64,000 bases of DNA, from positions 114,886,001 through 114,950,000 of the forward strand of contig OZ024743.1 in the NCBI GenBank assembly GCA_964016885.1. The letters run 5' to 3'. Both the position numbers and the translations under genes were made by a program. Each line of letters begins with the position of its first letter. Positions within the stretch are counted from its first letter, which is position 1. Positions 1 through 12,960 of this stretch are shown here, one piece after another. This DNA comes from Eledone cirrhosa (lineage: Eukaryota). The notes beneath the pieces were generated by a model. It was given only the letters and a program-made list of their open reading frames with translations, did no database searches and was not told the origin of the DNA.

Positions 1-249
1 GTCAAGATTTAGTCATTGTAGTGATTAACTTATGACAAAAACTCAATATTTATACCCTAATATTGAGAAGATGAGATAACATAATACAAACAATAGCGAG
101 AGTGCGTATAATAGAGTTTAAGAGATACATGGTATCAATATAACAGTTATAACATTTTTAATTTTAAAAACTACTGGAGAAAGAGGAGGGAAAGGAAAGC
201 GTAGAGGAAGAAACAGCTGATGTGATAATATATTTAGTAGGTGGCTTGA
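1..249 (-). repeat. Inverted copy of the PLE 3' region (inverted pLTR), partner 2202-2450
   Basis: 1-249 is the near-identical reverse complement of 2202-2450 and probably continues off the window edge. Confidence 0.9.
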
Positions 250-1353
250 AAAACCGATGAAAGATGATTAAAGAGAGAGAGAGAGAAATAATAATAAATC
301 AAAATTTAATTGTAGAAATAACCGGATTGCCCTCTGCAAAATAACTGTCTGGATAGAAATCTGGTGTATAAATGCACCATGAAAACAAATAACAACACAT
401 ACAACTACATAGGAGCAACTTCTTCGACATTTAAATCGAGATTTGCGAATCACAAATGCTCATTTTCGAATTTTAATAGGAAGTCTTCGACTTCTTTATC
501 ACAGCTTATATGGTCATTAAAAGACAACAATTTAAAATACTCGATCTTTTGGACGAAGCTTTGTAATAGCAAAATATATACCAACTCTTGAATATCAATT
601 AACTGCAACCTCTGCACAAAGGAGACCCTATTAATAATTAATAATTATGAAAACTTAATTATCCAAAAAAGTGAACTATTCTCAAACTGCCGTCATAAAG
701 CTTTGTCTACATTCCAAGCATCGCAAAAAGTCAGGAAAAAACAGTAAATAATCAGGCCTGATTTTTGACGTCTCTTCTCAACTTTTGAACATAAAAGTCA
801 TAATGGTTTATAAAACTTTAATAATGCTTTATCTTCTAATCATTTATGATAGAATTAATGTTAGAATGAAGGACACTCGTTTGATAACTTGTTTACTTGA
901 TAAGTATTCATACCTTAATAGTTTTGGGATATTTGTAATTTTGATTCAGATCTTTATTTATATGTCTCTGTTTTAAGTATATAGTTTGGATATTTAACTT
1001 GTAAATTTACTGATTATAATTGAACTTTAGATCACTCATGCGTTTACATATTTTATATATTTTACTCATTTTGAGTGTGTTTTGGGGACTCAGATAATTA
1101 GATTTGCATTTGTTTTTCTATACATATCTAAGTATAAATATAATAAACCGACAAATATTGGTCTATCTCGCCACTGAACTGGAGGTAAAACTATAATTAT
1201 TGCATTACTAATAATGATTATAATTATTATCTTTATTAAATGTATACCATTTCATTAATACCTATAATAATATCTCTATATAGTTGTACAAATATCTTTA
1301 TCTAGTGTAATAACATAATCGTAGTCACATATATAAATATTTTAGACATTCAT

Positions 1354-1820
1354 ATGACTTTATATTGTGATATTCCCTAGTAGGTCGAACTTATGAAATC
1401 ATTTACTTAATATAATATAATATAATTTAATTTAACTTACTTTATTTTACTTTACTTTATTTTAATTAAATTTAGATTACCTTCGGCTTTTTAAAATATT
1501 TAGCTCATCTTTATATCACATTCGCTTAAATATTTTAGCTATATCTTCTCTATACTATATTAAAACCCTATTGCAATTATAGAAACTCAAATGACTTTAT
1601 ATTGTTATAGGTGTTTGATTTTCCCCGGAAGGTAGAACTTATATAATCATTTACTTAATATAATATAATTTAATTTAACTTATTTTATTTTACTTTATTT
1701 TAATTAAATTTAAATTTAGATTACCTTCGCTTTTTCAAATATTTAGCTCCTCTTTAGATCACATTTGCTAAAACTTTTCAGATATATCTTTTCTATAATA
1801 TATTAAAACCCTATTGCATT
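1354..1820. repeat. Tandem duplication of a ~237 bp unit in the PLE 3' region
   Basis: ATGACTTTATATTGT...TAGATTACCTTCG...TATTAAAACCCTATTGCA occurs from ~1354 and again from ~1591. Confidence 0.85.
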
Positions 1821-2480
1821 TATAATATAATATAATATAGTATAATATAATATAATATAATATAATATAATATATTTTTTTATATTGGGCACCGTTAAGG
1901 GTCACAAACAATTCATTTTCGTTTATTTGTATATTTATTTTGTATCTAGCCCCTATTATTAGGACTCATATAGTTTTGACTTATATCTTTATAGTGTATA
2001 TCAACTAAATGAAAATAATTTATATAAAACATTAATTCTTTAGCAATATTTTTAACAACATTTTTAACTATATATATTTTTGAACAATATTTTCAGTAAC
2101 ATATTTACTATATTGCATTATTGCGTTATTGTATTGTATTATATTATATATATTTGAAAGGTATCACCTCATTATTGCATTATTATATTATATTGTGATA
2201 ATCAAGCCACCTACTAAATATATTATCACATCAGCTGTTTCTTCCTCTACGCTTTCCTTTCCCTCCTCTTTCTCCAGTAGTTTTTAAAATTAAAAATGTT
2301 ATAACTGTTATATTGATGCCATGTATCTCTTAAACTCTATTATACGCACCGTTTCTATTGTTTGTATTATGTTATCTCATCTTCTCAATATTAGGGTATA
2401 AATATTCAGTTTTTGTCATAACTTAATCACTACCATGACTAAATCTTAACCATCTAATATGTCAGGGTATGTCATGTATC

Positions 2481-2550
2481 ATTTTATTTTATCTGATGAG
2501 GACGTACTGTTGAACTTAACTCAGTACCTCTGAAATATGTAAAATAAAAT
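2481..2550 (+). ncRNA. Type I hammerhead ribozyme motif, partly decayed
   Basis: ATTTTATTTTAT-CTGATGA-(GTACTG..CAGTAC stem II)-GAAA-TATG-TA-AAATAAAAT. Stem I is out of register and stem III is weak. Confidence 0.65.
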
Positions 2551-2614
2551 ATAATTGATCACAAGAATATCTATTTGTTAATATTTTGAATTAATATATA
2601 TATATGTAAATATA

Positions 2615-3900
2615 CTAGCTGAAGTACCCAGCTTCGCCAAGGTTAAGAAATGATAACAGAAGACCGGCAGAAGAGAAAACCTCTGTATTGAATGCATTGT
2701 CTTGTTTACAGTGTGTATCTATTGTGTGTGTGTGTGTGTGTATGTTTGTGTATATATATGTGTGTTTGTGAGTGTTTGTGTGTGTGTGTGTCTGTGTGTA
2801 TATATATATATATGTGTGTGTGCCTGTGTTAGTGTTCGTGTGTGTGCGTGTGCGTGTGTGCGTGTGTGTGTGTAAACCACCGTTGGAATCGGAGACATAG
2901 GCCGCGAGACACGATTATCACTGATAACGAATTCGCATAGAGAATCCCTTATGGTTGATTCCCAACCTGCTAGAAATAGCAGTCAGTTTGGTTAGCATAC
3001 GTGGTATGTCTTTCTTATCCTTTGGTGTTATAAAATTAGTATCAATAAACTTTCTTGGATGTACTCTTATCCCAATCCTGTACATACTTTCCGATTGTCA
3101 CTTTTTGTTTTTTTCGTGTGATACGCGAAGGAACCAACCAACAAACATCTCTCTTTTATATCTCTTTTATTTGTTAATTCAAAATATTTTTCAGCTAATT
3201 CTGTCGTACAATATACATCAGCAATCGTTATCTAATGTTTAAAACATATGAATTCTGCGATATATGCACCATATCAATCAAAAACGATATGAGAATTGAA
3301 TACCATTCTAAAGCGCCAGTAAGCTTGCTAAGAACCGGCAGATAGAAATGTTAATAAATACAACATTTTGCTACGGTAAACTTTAAGATGTTCTTTCGTT
3401 GTAGGTTTCTTTTCTCAGCCAGTACGTTAAACAAAATTGATAGTTACAACAATAAAGGTTGAACAGAGAACACATTTTTAGACAAACTTTACAATAATTT
3501 GTACAACCATAATGGAAGTTACAAGTAACAGAAAATACATAAATTACATTATTAGAGCCTCAGAGTATACAATATTTTTTGTTAGGCCCTCGGGAGCAAA
3601 GATGAAGAGATTGTTTGGCGCGCTCACTCTAGAGCATCCTACATACAATTGACCATGGTTTTCCCAGATGAAGGCCAGCCACTTTTGGGGTTTGACCCTG
3701 AGCTTTGTTGATGGTAATCGCGAAGCTTAGTCTCTCTGTTGCTCTAGTAACAGTTTTTCTCCTAGAAATCTGATGTTGCGACCAGGCTAGGACTTTTTGG
3801 GTGGCACATCGGCAGTAACAATGACGATAAGCCGTCCGTGCTTTCGTGAAATAAATACGTTTCTTTATATTTTGTTTTTGTGTATGCAAACATATCTGTA
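2615..3900 (-). mobile_element. Helitron remnant: 3' terminus plus Pif1 helicase C-terminal fragment
   Basis: The minus strand ends GGCGAAGCTGGGTACTTCAG-CTAG-T at 2615, resembling the ends at 55106 and 56304. About 3550-3745 encodes SFAITINKAQGQT..HGQLYVGCSRV..TKNIVYSEAL across a frameshift. Continuity between the two parts is inferred. Confidence 0.75.
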
Positions 3901-4317
3901 CACGAATATATAATTATATATATATATTAAAATAACAGATTAAAGTTTAAGCAAAGAATCGCTGCTTTCACCCTTAACAGGATGTTCTGAAGGTAAAAAG
4001 AATCAATCTGTGAACGCAGAAGTAAGTATTTCGAAAAACGTTGCAACCGAAAGAAAACAGGAAGATGATACTTAGTTCGTGAAGACGTTAGGAATGTCGT
4101 ATAACAGGAAGTGATGACATTTGAACATTTTAAAGAAGTGAATATTTAAATAATGTCTTTAATCTTTTAACAAAATTCAGTAGACAAAAATACCATCACT
4201 TTCTTACTTGGAAAATGTTACATCTATGGTGCAAATTTGCTGCCGGTGCAGGTGCTTGACGGAAAGTTTGTTACTTACATACGGCCGTCAGCTTTATGGT
4301 ATATATATATATATACA

Positions 4318-4935
4318 TCTGTATATATATAAAATTAAGTATGTGTGTGTGTGTGTCTGTGTATTACCTATACGGGCCTACATCTTACGACAGATTTTCA
4401 TGAAACTTTACAGGCTTATAGATTAGTCATCGGGGAGTGTTTTCTATATATCAGCGTATCGTTTTTTTTTATATTTCGGGGTCATTCTGCAGATAAAAAT
4501 CGATAAGGGGTTCACCTTTTTTAGGTATCGAAAAATAAGATTTTTGGATCTAGCTCCAACATTTTGCCATCGATTTCGTTTAATTTTAAGGCAAAATAGA
4601 ATTTATCATTGTACATCCTGTAATGGCTTTATATTTTACATTTGTTGTTCAGAGACGGCGTGGCAGCCGCTTAAATATTAAAACATCACTTTTAGACTCA
4701 AATTTCCACGTTTTCGGCTCTAGCTCCCACATTAATCAACCAACTTTGTTCAAATTTTACACTATGCTAGATCTGATTATTTGACGTCTTAATGAGGCTT
4801 TATAATTAGGATCTTTTCTTCAGGAACGGCGTGGCAGCCGCTTAAATATTCGAAAATACCACCTTTTCGCTCAAATTTCCGCCTTTTCGGCTTTAGCGAC
4901 CACATTTTTCAACTGATTTCTTTCAAATTCGAAAC
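4318..4935 (+). mobile_element. Probable non-autonomous Helitron/Helentron-like element with ~180 bp internal repeats
   Basis: Starts TCTGTATATATATAAAAT-(TG)n...GATTTTCATGAAACTTT. CGGCGTGGCAGCCGCTTAAATATT occurs twice and a CTAGCTCC..ACATT-like unit three times. Confidence 0.5.
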
Positions 4936-5135
4936 ACCCTCCCCCAGTATGCTTCTTCGTCAGTCACCCGCGTTTCTTAGTGATAGAGGTCATCACCACC
5001 CTCCCCCGCATGGCATGTGGAGAAGCAGTCGCAGATTGATTTTTTTAGTTTCAGAAGATCGCGTTAAGGGTGAAAGCAGCGAGTCTTTGCTTAAACTTCA
5101 ATCTGTTCTTATAATAAATAAAATATATGCTCTAC

Positions 5136-5185
<50 letters not shown>

Positions 5186-5220
5186 CCTTATCGAGCCCTC
5201 TTCGGATTTTAATCTTCACA

Positions 5221-5271
<51 letters not shown>

Positions 5272-5428
5272 AAAGTTTTATTTAAAATTGTTGAGATACA
5301 ATAAGTAAATATTTTATAACTGATATAAAGCACTCGACAAGTTTTTGGAGTAGATATATGGTATCCCTGAAATATGTATAATGAAATAAATATGGTTTTA
5401 TAAATATAGTTTCCATTTAGTTAATATC

Positions 5429-5521
<93 letters not shown>

Positions 5522-5672
5522 GCAGTTTCATTTACATGTCTATGTGGCTTATTGAGTATCGACCTGTTACGCCCGTTTCGCAACCGATTGGCTCAGGGTC
5601 AGTTACGCAATACATGGACCGACACAACCATCTATCTGCTCGCCACAGGTAATACAAAAATATGTGCGTATG

Positions 5673-5788
<116 letters not shown>

Positions 5789-5850
5789 GGAGAGAGAGGG
5801 AGAGGGAGAGAGAGATTACATGAAACAAAGTTCTGTTTAAATCATTTATC

Positions 5851-5897
5851 TGCTTACAATTGTTTCTTCCAAATCGAGGTTTGGAGTCTTCGGAGCA
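5851..5897 (-). ncRNA. Hammerhead-like motif (CCGAAGA core variant), left arm of the palindrome
   Basis: Minus strand: TGCT-CCGAAGA-CTCCAAAcctcgaTTTGGAA-GAAA-CAATTG-TA-AGCA. Confidence 0.65.
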
Positions 5898-7142
5898 ATT
5901 ATTCAGTGATTTTTAACATACTTGACCTCCTTTTACACACAAGAGACATATAGAAACATATGTATATATTGACCCACAGTGGGTTGACATCCATTATAAT
6001 AATATAGCATGGTAATTTACATACAAAGATTACAGTCATATTAAAGGACAAAATTAAAATTAAAATAAAACATTGGCAGTCTACTAAGATAAAGCAAAAG
6101 GAAAGTTTGGAGTAGCCAGTGTATGCAACAGTCACACGTGTGGCATGCACGCGTGTGCTATTTATACAAGATTATAGTGCGGCAGATTGTTACAAGTAAA
6201 ACAAGCAGTCAAAGCAGGCAATCAAGAGCATCATGGGGGTGAACTGGTTAAGCATTATTTACACACACCTGTACGATATAGAAGCCCGTGTATGGAGAAG
6301 CACCAAAAATATCAAAAATATCAAAAATATTACAAATGAGAAGCAAAACAGCACCTCTGTCCTCGTACACACCACCACTCTCACAATCCAGGAAACGCAA
6401 TTTATAGACTACATGACCATCTCACAATCCACGATGATTCAACATTGGGTGCCTGGTTAACCATGCTAGAACATCACAGCTTGTCGTTCCTTAATTCGAT
6501 TCATAGATCAGGTTGTTTTTGTTGTGAGAGATGACATCGTATTATATTCCGGAATATAATACGATGTCATCTCTCACAACAAAAACAACCTGATCTATGA
6601 ATCGAATTAAGGAACGACAAGCTGTGATGTTCTAGCATGGTTAACCAGGCACCGAATGTTGAATCATCGTGGATTGTAAGATGGGCATGTAGTCTATAAA
6701 TTGCGTTTCCTTGATTGTGAGAGTGGTGGTGTGTACGAGGACAGTGGTGGTGTTTTGCTTCTCATTTGTAATATTTTTGATATTTTTGATATTTTTGATA
6801 TTTTTGGTGTTTCTCCACACACGGGCTTTGACTGCTTGTTTTACTTGTAACAATCTGCCGCACTATAATCTTGTATAAATAGCACACGGGTGCATGCCAC
6901 ACGTGTGACTGTTGCATACACTGGCTACTCCAAACTTTCCTTTTGCTTTATCTTAGTAGACTGCCAATGTTTTATTTTAATTTTAATTTTGTCCTTTAAT
7001 ATGACTGTAATCTTTGTATGTAAATTACCATGCTATATTATTATAATGGATGTCAACCCACTGTGGGTCAATATATACATATGTTCCTATATGTCTCCTG
7101 TGTTGAAAAGGAGGTCTAGTATGTTAAAAATCACTGAATAAT

Positions 7143-7189
7143 TGCTCCGAAGACTCCAAACCTCGGTTTGGAGGAAACAATTGTAGCAT
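7143..7189 (+). ncRNA. Hammerhead-like motif (CCGAAGA core variant), right arm of the palindrome
   Basis: TGCT-CCGAAGA-CTCCAAAC ctcg GTTTGGAG-GAAA-CAATTG-TA-GCA, with a perfect 8 bp stem II and palindromic stem III. Confidence 0.7.
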
Positions 7190-7388
7190 ATAAATGATTT
7201 AAACAGAACTTTGTTTCATGTAATCTCTATATAACTGCTCTGTAAAACAACTGATGTTGTTACATTGAGTTATTTATCTTACTGGTAATAAGATAGTAAT
7301 AAATTACTGTCTTTCACTATTTAGGGTATAATATATATATAACTATAAAAGGTTTTAGTATATACATAACCATAAATAGTATCCTTAA

Positions 7389-7441
<53 letters not shown>

Positions 7442-7442
7442 C

Positions 7443-7479
<37 letters not shown>

Positions 7480-7873
7480 TACACATACACACACGCACAC
7501 ACACACACATATATATATATGTGCGTGTATGTGTGTGTGTGTGTGTAAATGCTTGCGTACTTATATGTGTATGTATGTTTTAATAGGAAATTTTGCGAAT
7601 AAATCATCTGCTGAGAATGTTTATTTGCTAATAATGTGGGCTTGACTGGCCAGGATTAATAAAACACTATTAAATATGTATATGTATATAGTGATATGTG
7701 AAGTCTACTGTTTGGTCAAATTAACAACTTTTTCTATATGACTCTCATTGCGACTCTTACTATAACAAGTATACAATGTCCAAAATATATTTGTATTCTC
7801 AAACATACACAATAAATACATACGTATATACATAGGCAAATGCATACAAACATATATAAATTTATTCGTACAC

Positions 7874-7914
<41 letters not shown>

Positions 7915-8040
7915 TAAAAATATATATATATGTGTATATATATATATATATATGTAAAAGGTAAACAGAAATAACAACACAATCGGTACAGTATATTGAA
8001 GAAATATATTAGGTTAACGCTTGAAGTACCAGGAAGAGGG

Positions 8041-8076
8041 CCTTAACGTTTCGGAGGCTAGTCGTTCATCAGAAGA
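8041..8076 (-). ncRNA. Minimal hammerhead motif with weak stem II
   Basis: Minus strand: TCTT-CTGATGA-ACGACTAGCCTCC-GAAACGTTA-AGG. Confidence 0.5.
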
Positions 8077-8152
8077 AAGAATGCGGAAATTAGATAGATT
8101 GAAGGAACGGGCGGGGTTGAATTGGAAGAAAATACTTTTAGATAACAATTAC

Positions 8153-8206
<54 letters not shown>

Positions 8207-8282
8207 CGAAGGAAATGTGGTAAGGAACCAGGTGGACCATAACGCACCAAAGTACTCAATACTTGAGGTAGTAGAGTGGGTA

Positions 8283-8382
8283 ATAGGAACCAGTAAGACC
8301 CCGACAGCTGAGCTCAAGCCGTTTCGACGGCTAATTCAGCCGTCGAAACGGCTTGAGCTCAGCTGTCGGGGTCTTACTGGTT

Positions 8383-8387
<5 letters not shown>
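8283..8387. repeat. Perfect 50 bp-arm hairpin with 5 nt loop
   Basis: 8283-8332 is the exact reverse complement of 8338-8387; the loop is AATTC. Confidence 0.97.
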
Positions 8388-8443
<56 letters not shown>

Positions 8444-8444
8444 T

Positions 8445-9400
8445 ACCAAATTACCATTCCTAGATATAATGGTAATCAAAAACGACACCACCATTACCAC
8501 GGATATATACTATAAACACACAGACACCCATAAATATCTGAATTTTAAGTCGTGCCATCCACCTCATACAAAACGCAACATCCCATACTGCCTAGTCAGA
8601 AGAATTTGTACCATTGTAGAGGTACGAATACCAGGAACAAACGCCTAACAGAACTGAAAGAATTTTTGCTCAAACAAAAATACCCACCTCTACTTATAAA
8701 AAATGGCATACAGCGGGCTATAAAAATACATATACAGGACAACCCAAGGAATAAGAAACCAAAAACTGGTCATACCATTTATAATGACATACAACCCATG
8801 TCATCAGAATAACTTCAACACTGCCAAAGCAAACCTCCCGATCATTGCACAAAGTAATGAATTAAAAGTTTTAATCACAGACCGAGCTTCGATTCTTAGT
8901 AAAAGACAGCCGAACAATTTGAAGCAATTACTAACAAAGGCAAAGTTTGACCTTAACAACAAAGACAAATCATTCACTGTATCTAAATGCAATGATAGTC
9001 GATGTGGCACATCTCAGTTCATACATACTGGTCAATATATGAACACAAAAACTGAAAAAATATTCCCAAATACAAATATGAACTGCAAAAGAAAAAATCT
9101 AATTTACTGCATTAAATGCCCAAATTGTGAAGAACTATATGTCGGTCAAACAGGAAATGCACTATCGGAACTTGCACGGGGGCACCGACAGCAAATCAGA
9201 GACCCAAATGTCCGTCAGATACCCCTGCGTAACCATCTAGCAACATGTGGTCAGAAAATATTTATAATATTTCCATTCTATAAACTACACAGCCCAAGTG
9301 AAATCAAGAGAAACATTAAAGAAAAGAATTTTAGTGATAAATTCCAACCCAAGCTAAATGAACAATAATAAGGGTTAGGGGTATTACTTCCACTATGACT
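8445..9400 (+). mobile_element. 5'-truncated PLE (Neptune-like): RT thumb, Cys linker, GIY-YIG; frameshifted
   Basis: LPFLDI..TDIYYKHTDTHKYLNFKSCHPPHTKRNIPY; CNDSRCGT linker; NLIYCIKCPNCEELYVGQTG..R..H. Confidence 0.9.
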
Positions 9401-9931
9401 ACGCCTACGACCATGTCGACTACCACCACTAATAACAACAACAATAATAATAATAAAAGTGATGTTAATGTTGCTGATTACTGAAGATTTTTTATAAAAA
9501 CCCTAGAAAATGCTATTTTCATCATTTCTAAAAATACCAAAACAATTGATGCTCTGGATAGAGTCAAATAGAAGTTGTTAGACATGTTCAAACAACCGTG
9601 ACGCCTAAACCAATCAGCTTTAGTAATGTAGTGAAACCAGACACCGATTGGTAGAAATACAGTTTGCAAAACTTAGCATTCTGTAGCCCCTTTTAGCAGA
9701 TTTTAGCCATCTCATTACAGTTGAAAATTGTAATCTTGACTGTCACCACTGAATATGAACTTGAAGAATGTGAAAGCATGAAAGTACTTGTTCAATTAGC
9801 ATTTAGCATTTAATATTCTATCATACCATTTCATTATCATTATAATTTTAAAGGATTCTAAATAAAACGAGTAAATCAGACATAAATAAGTTCGAATTCC
9901 TTTTATTAATATAATCTTCTATACACAAAGT

Positions 9932-10050
9932 GAAGGCGTGTGGCTGAGTGGTTAGGGAATTGGATTCGCAATCGTATGGTTGTAAGTTCGATTCCTGGAC
10001 CAGGTGATGCGTTATGTCCTTGAGCAAGACACTTTATTTCACGTTGCTCC
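9932..10050 (+). mobile_element. tRNA-derived SINE (5' part)
   Basis: A box TGGCTGAGTGG and B box AGTTCGATTCC, followed by TGTCCTTGAGCAAGACACTT. Confidence 0.8.
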
Positions 10051-10181
10051 TTCTACCTGGAGTTGCGACCGATAGATAGTATTAGCAATTGGAAAGACCA
10101 ACGGAAACATCGTTCCCTCGGTCCGATTTGACGAAAGTCGATCGTTCCTCTCCTCTCTCTATACACAATCATACACACCCG

Positions 10182-10244
<63 letters not shown>

Positions 10245-10250
<6 letters not shown>

Positions 10251-10885
10251 ATAAGAAACGAAGGGGCTGTGTGGTTACAAAAAACAAGGTTTAGGGTGGT
10301 GGTTTGGACGGAACAAGAGGAGAAGAGAAGCAAAATCCTCCGTCAGCTGTAAACCCGCGATCCAGATGTTTCGGTGTTTATTTACAGGACATCTGTAGCG
10401 ATCCACGGTGCGTCCGAAGCCTTTTCTTAATCGAAAGGCCAGGAGGAAAAGAAGAGAAAGAGGACGGAAAAAGAAGGAAAAGAGGAAGAAGAACAAAGGG
10501 GGAAAGGTAGTGAGGAGAGAGGAAGAAAGAGAAAAAGGAAAAAAGGGAGAAGAAAAAGGTGAACAGATCCCATCACAGGCTATAATTTATATTTAGAGTG
10601 ACAAAGGCATAAAGCATTCTATAAACAAGTTAAAATTGGGGTGAAACTCCTTATTTTTAAGTTTCTCTTAAGCTAACAATGCCTATATTTCAGGAGTCTA
10701 TAAGATGTTTGGGGGTCGGTCATGGTTGATGGATTTAAAGAAAAGGGAAATTCTTTAAAAGCTAATTCTTTAATGCACTACTTAGAGTGACAAAGGCCAA
10801 GAGAATTCTATAAACCAGTTCAAATAGTGGGTGCCTATCATTATTGTCATGTTTCTCTTAAGCTATATTTCAGGTGTCAACAGAC
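10245..10885 (-). mobile_element. Non-coding PLE-like 3' fragment sharing its body with 18245-18550
   Basis: 10577-10883 is the reverse complement homologue of 18249-18550, with the same GTGAATGTGTCTGTTGACACCTGAAAT start. It ends in (TA)n. Confidence 0.7.
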
Positions 10886-10904
10886 ACATTCACCCCCCCC
10901 CCCC

Positions 10905-10961
<57 letters not shown>

Positions 10962-11076
10962 AAATAAATATACACATATACAAACATATACAAGTACATC
11001 TACAGATATACACATATATATACACATATACATAAATACACATACAAAAAATAATTTATATATATATATATATATT

Positions 11077-11261
<185 letters not shown>

Positions 11262-11264
11262 ATG

Positions 11265-11381
<117 letters not shown>

Positions 11382-11384
11382 ATG

Positions 11385-11456
<72 letters not shown>

Positions 11457-11685
11457 TATATTTTGAGAATAAACTCTCAGCCATTTACAATAATTAAGCT
11501 CCAGGAAGGGTCTCTTCCGAGCAGTTAATACATTTAAAGTGTACGATAAACACGAAATGTGTTTACATTGCAACAGACAAAGTTAGATATTAATGAAATA
11601 AACTAATAAAAGTGAATACAATTTGTCTGTCTCGATATAAGTCAATAAAGACAATATTATATTGGCAACAGCCATGATTCCATAT

Positions 11686-11735
<50 letters not shown>

Positions 11736-11763
11736 ATATGTATATATGTACATATGTATATAT

Positions 11764-11809
<46 letters not shown>

Positions 11810-11811
11810 GA

Positions 11812-11879
<68 letters not shown>

Positions 11880-11969
11880 TTATATACATATATATATGTA
11901 TATATGTATATGTGTATGTATATGTATATATGTATATATATATATATATATACTTATATACATATATAT

Positions 11970-12650
11970 AAGATAGAACACAGGGGTAGATTAGAGAGCA
12001 TAGAAATAAAAATAGAATCCACACACAGAAAAGACGCAATGTTTAGGCAAATTACAGAGGCAGTAAGCATAAAAGAATTAAAAACAAAATTAAATAGAAA
12101 ATATGAGTGGAACAGCAACATCACAACTTACAATTAAGGACAAAATGAAAACACACACACACATAGAACAAACAACTTACAATTGAAAACACACACAAAA
12201 TGAAAACACACACAGGACAAAATGAAAACACACACACACATAGAACAAACAACCAACCAACAATAAATAAATAAATAAATAAACAAATAGAAAAATATAA
12301 ATAGATAAATAGAAAAATGAACACAAACACACACAGACACCCGGATGTGGCGCATGCGCAAACTTAGCACACAACGCACACACAGAAACAAAATGGCGTA
12401 GGATAGAAGAAAGGATAGGCACAGAAACGAAGAAAGGAATCCCCAGTCACTGAAGAGGTCACAGAGTGTGTGACGAAAGGACTATGGCTATATATATAAA
12501 CAACTATCTGGTTGTGGAACCAACCAACCAACCAGAAATTTATAAGTTTGTAGATTTGTAGATTTGTAAATTTATAAATATATAATAAATTGAAGTGAAA
12601 GCAACTGGTGCGTGTGTTTCTTATTGGCAACATGACCCTCCCAAAGTATA
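11970..12650 (+). mobile_element. Solo 3' end/pLTR of the same PLE family as 22373-25967
   Basis: Homologous to the reverse complement of 22373-22910. It encodes the GIY-YIG tail ([25 protein letters not shown]). Confidence 0.9.
12445..12489 (+). ncRNA. Type I minimal hammerhead
   Basis: AGTCA-CTGAAGA-G GTCACA gagtg TGTGAC-GAAA-GGAC-TA-TGGCT. Confidence 0.8.
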
Positions 12651-12753
12651 ACAATATCGGTTTCAACACACGATTTCAGATAAAGAATCTTGCTAAGCAA
12701 ATTCAGAAACGAAACATATATATATGTATATATGTATATGTGTATGTATATGT

Positions 12754-12832
<79 letters not shown>

Positions 12833-12960
12833 CATATATACATATACATACACATATACATATATACATATATATATGTATATAAGTATATATACATATA
12901 TATATATATATATATACATACATATTTATATATAAATATATATATATATATATATAATAT

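Larger units (their letters stand above)
250..2595 (+). mobile_element. 5'-truncated Penelope-like element: GIY-YIG C-terminus, long AT-rich 3' region, terminal hammerhead
   Basis: ORF 364-591 has YKC..YNYIGATSSTFKSRFANHKCSF..TSLSQLIWSLKD, followed by CNLC. An HHR-like motif lies at 2481-2550 and the element ends at (TA)n. Confidence 0.85.
5811..7228. repeat. ~1.4 kb spacerless palindrome centred at 6550/6551
   Basis: The centre reads ATCGTATTATATTCC|GGAATATAATACGAT. Mirrored ORFs 5899-6150(-) and 6890-7141(+) are nearly identical. The left arm has a 70 bp extra segment (6216-6285). Confidence 0.97.

Noticed and set aside
4950-4980. Minus-strand GAAACGCG..CTGACGA
   Set aside because: No UH cleavage triplet and no stem I or II complementarity.
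5899-7141. Paired 83 aa hydrophobic ORFs resembling duplicated small genes
   Set aside because: They mirror each other only because of the palindrome and have no recognisable domain.
9478-9525. CTGAAGA..GAAA as a hammerhead after the Neptune-like ORF
   Set aside because: No stem I or stem III pairing can be drawn.
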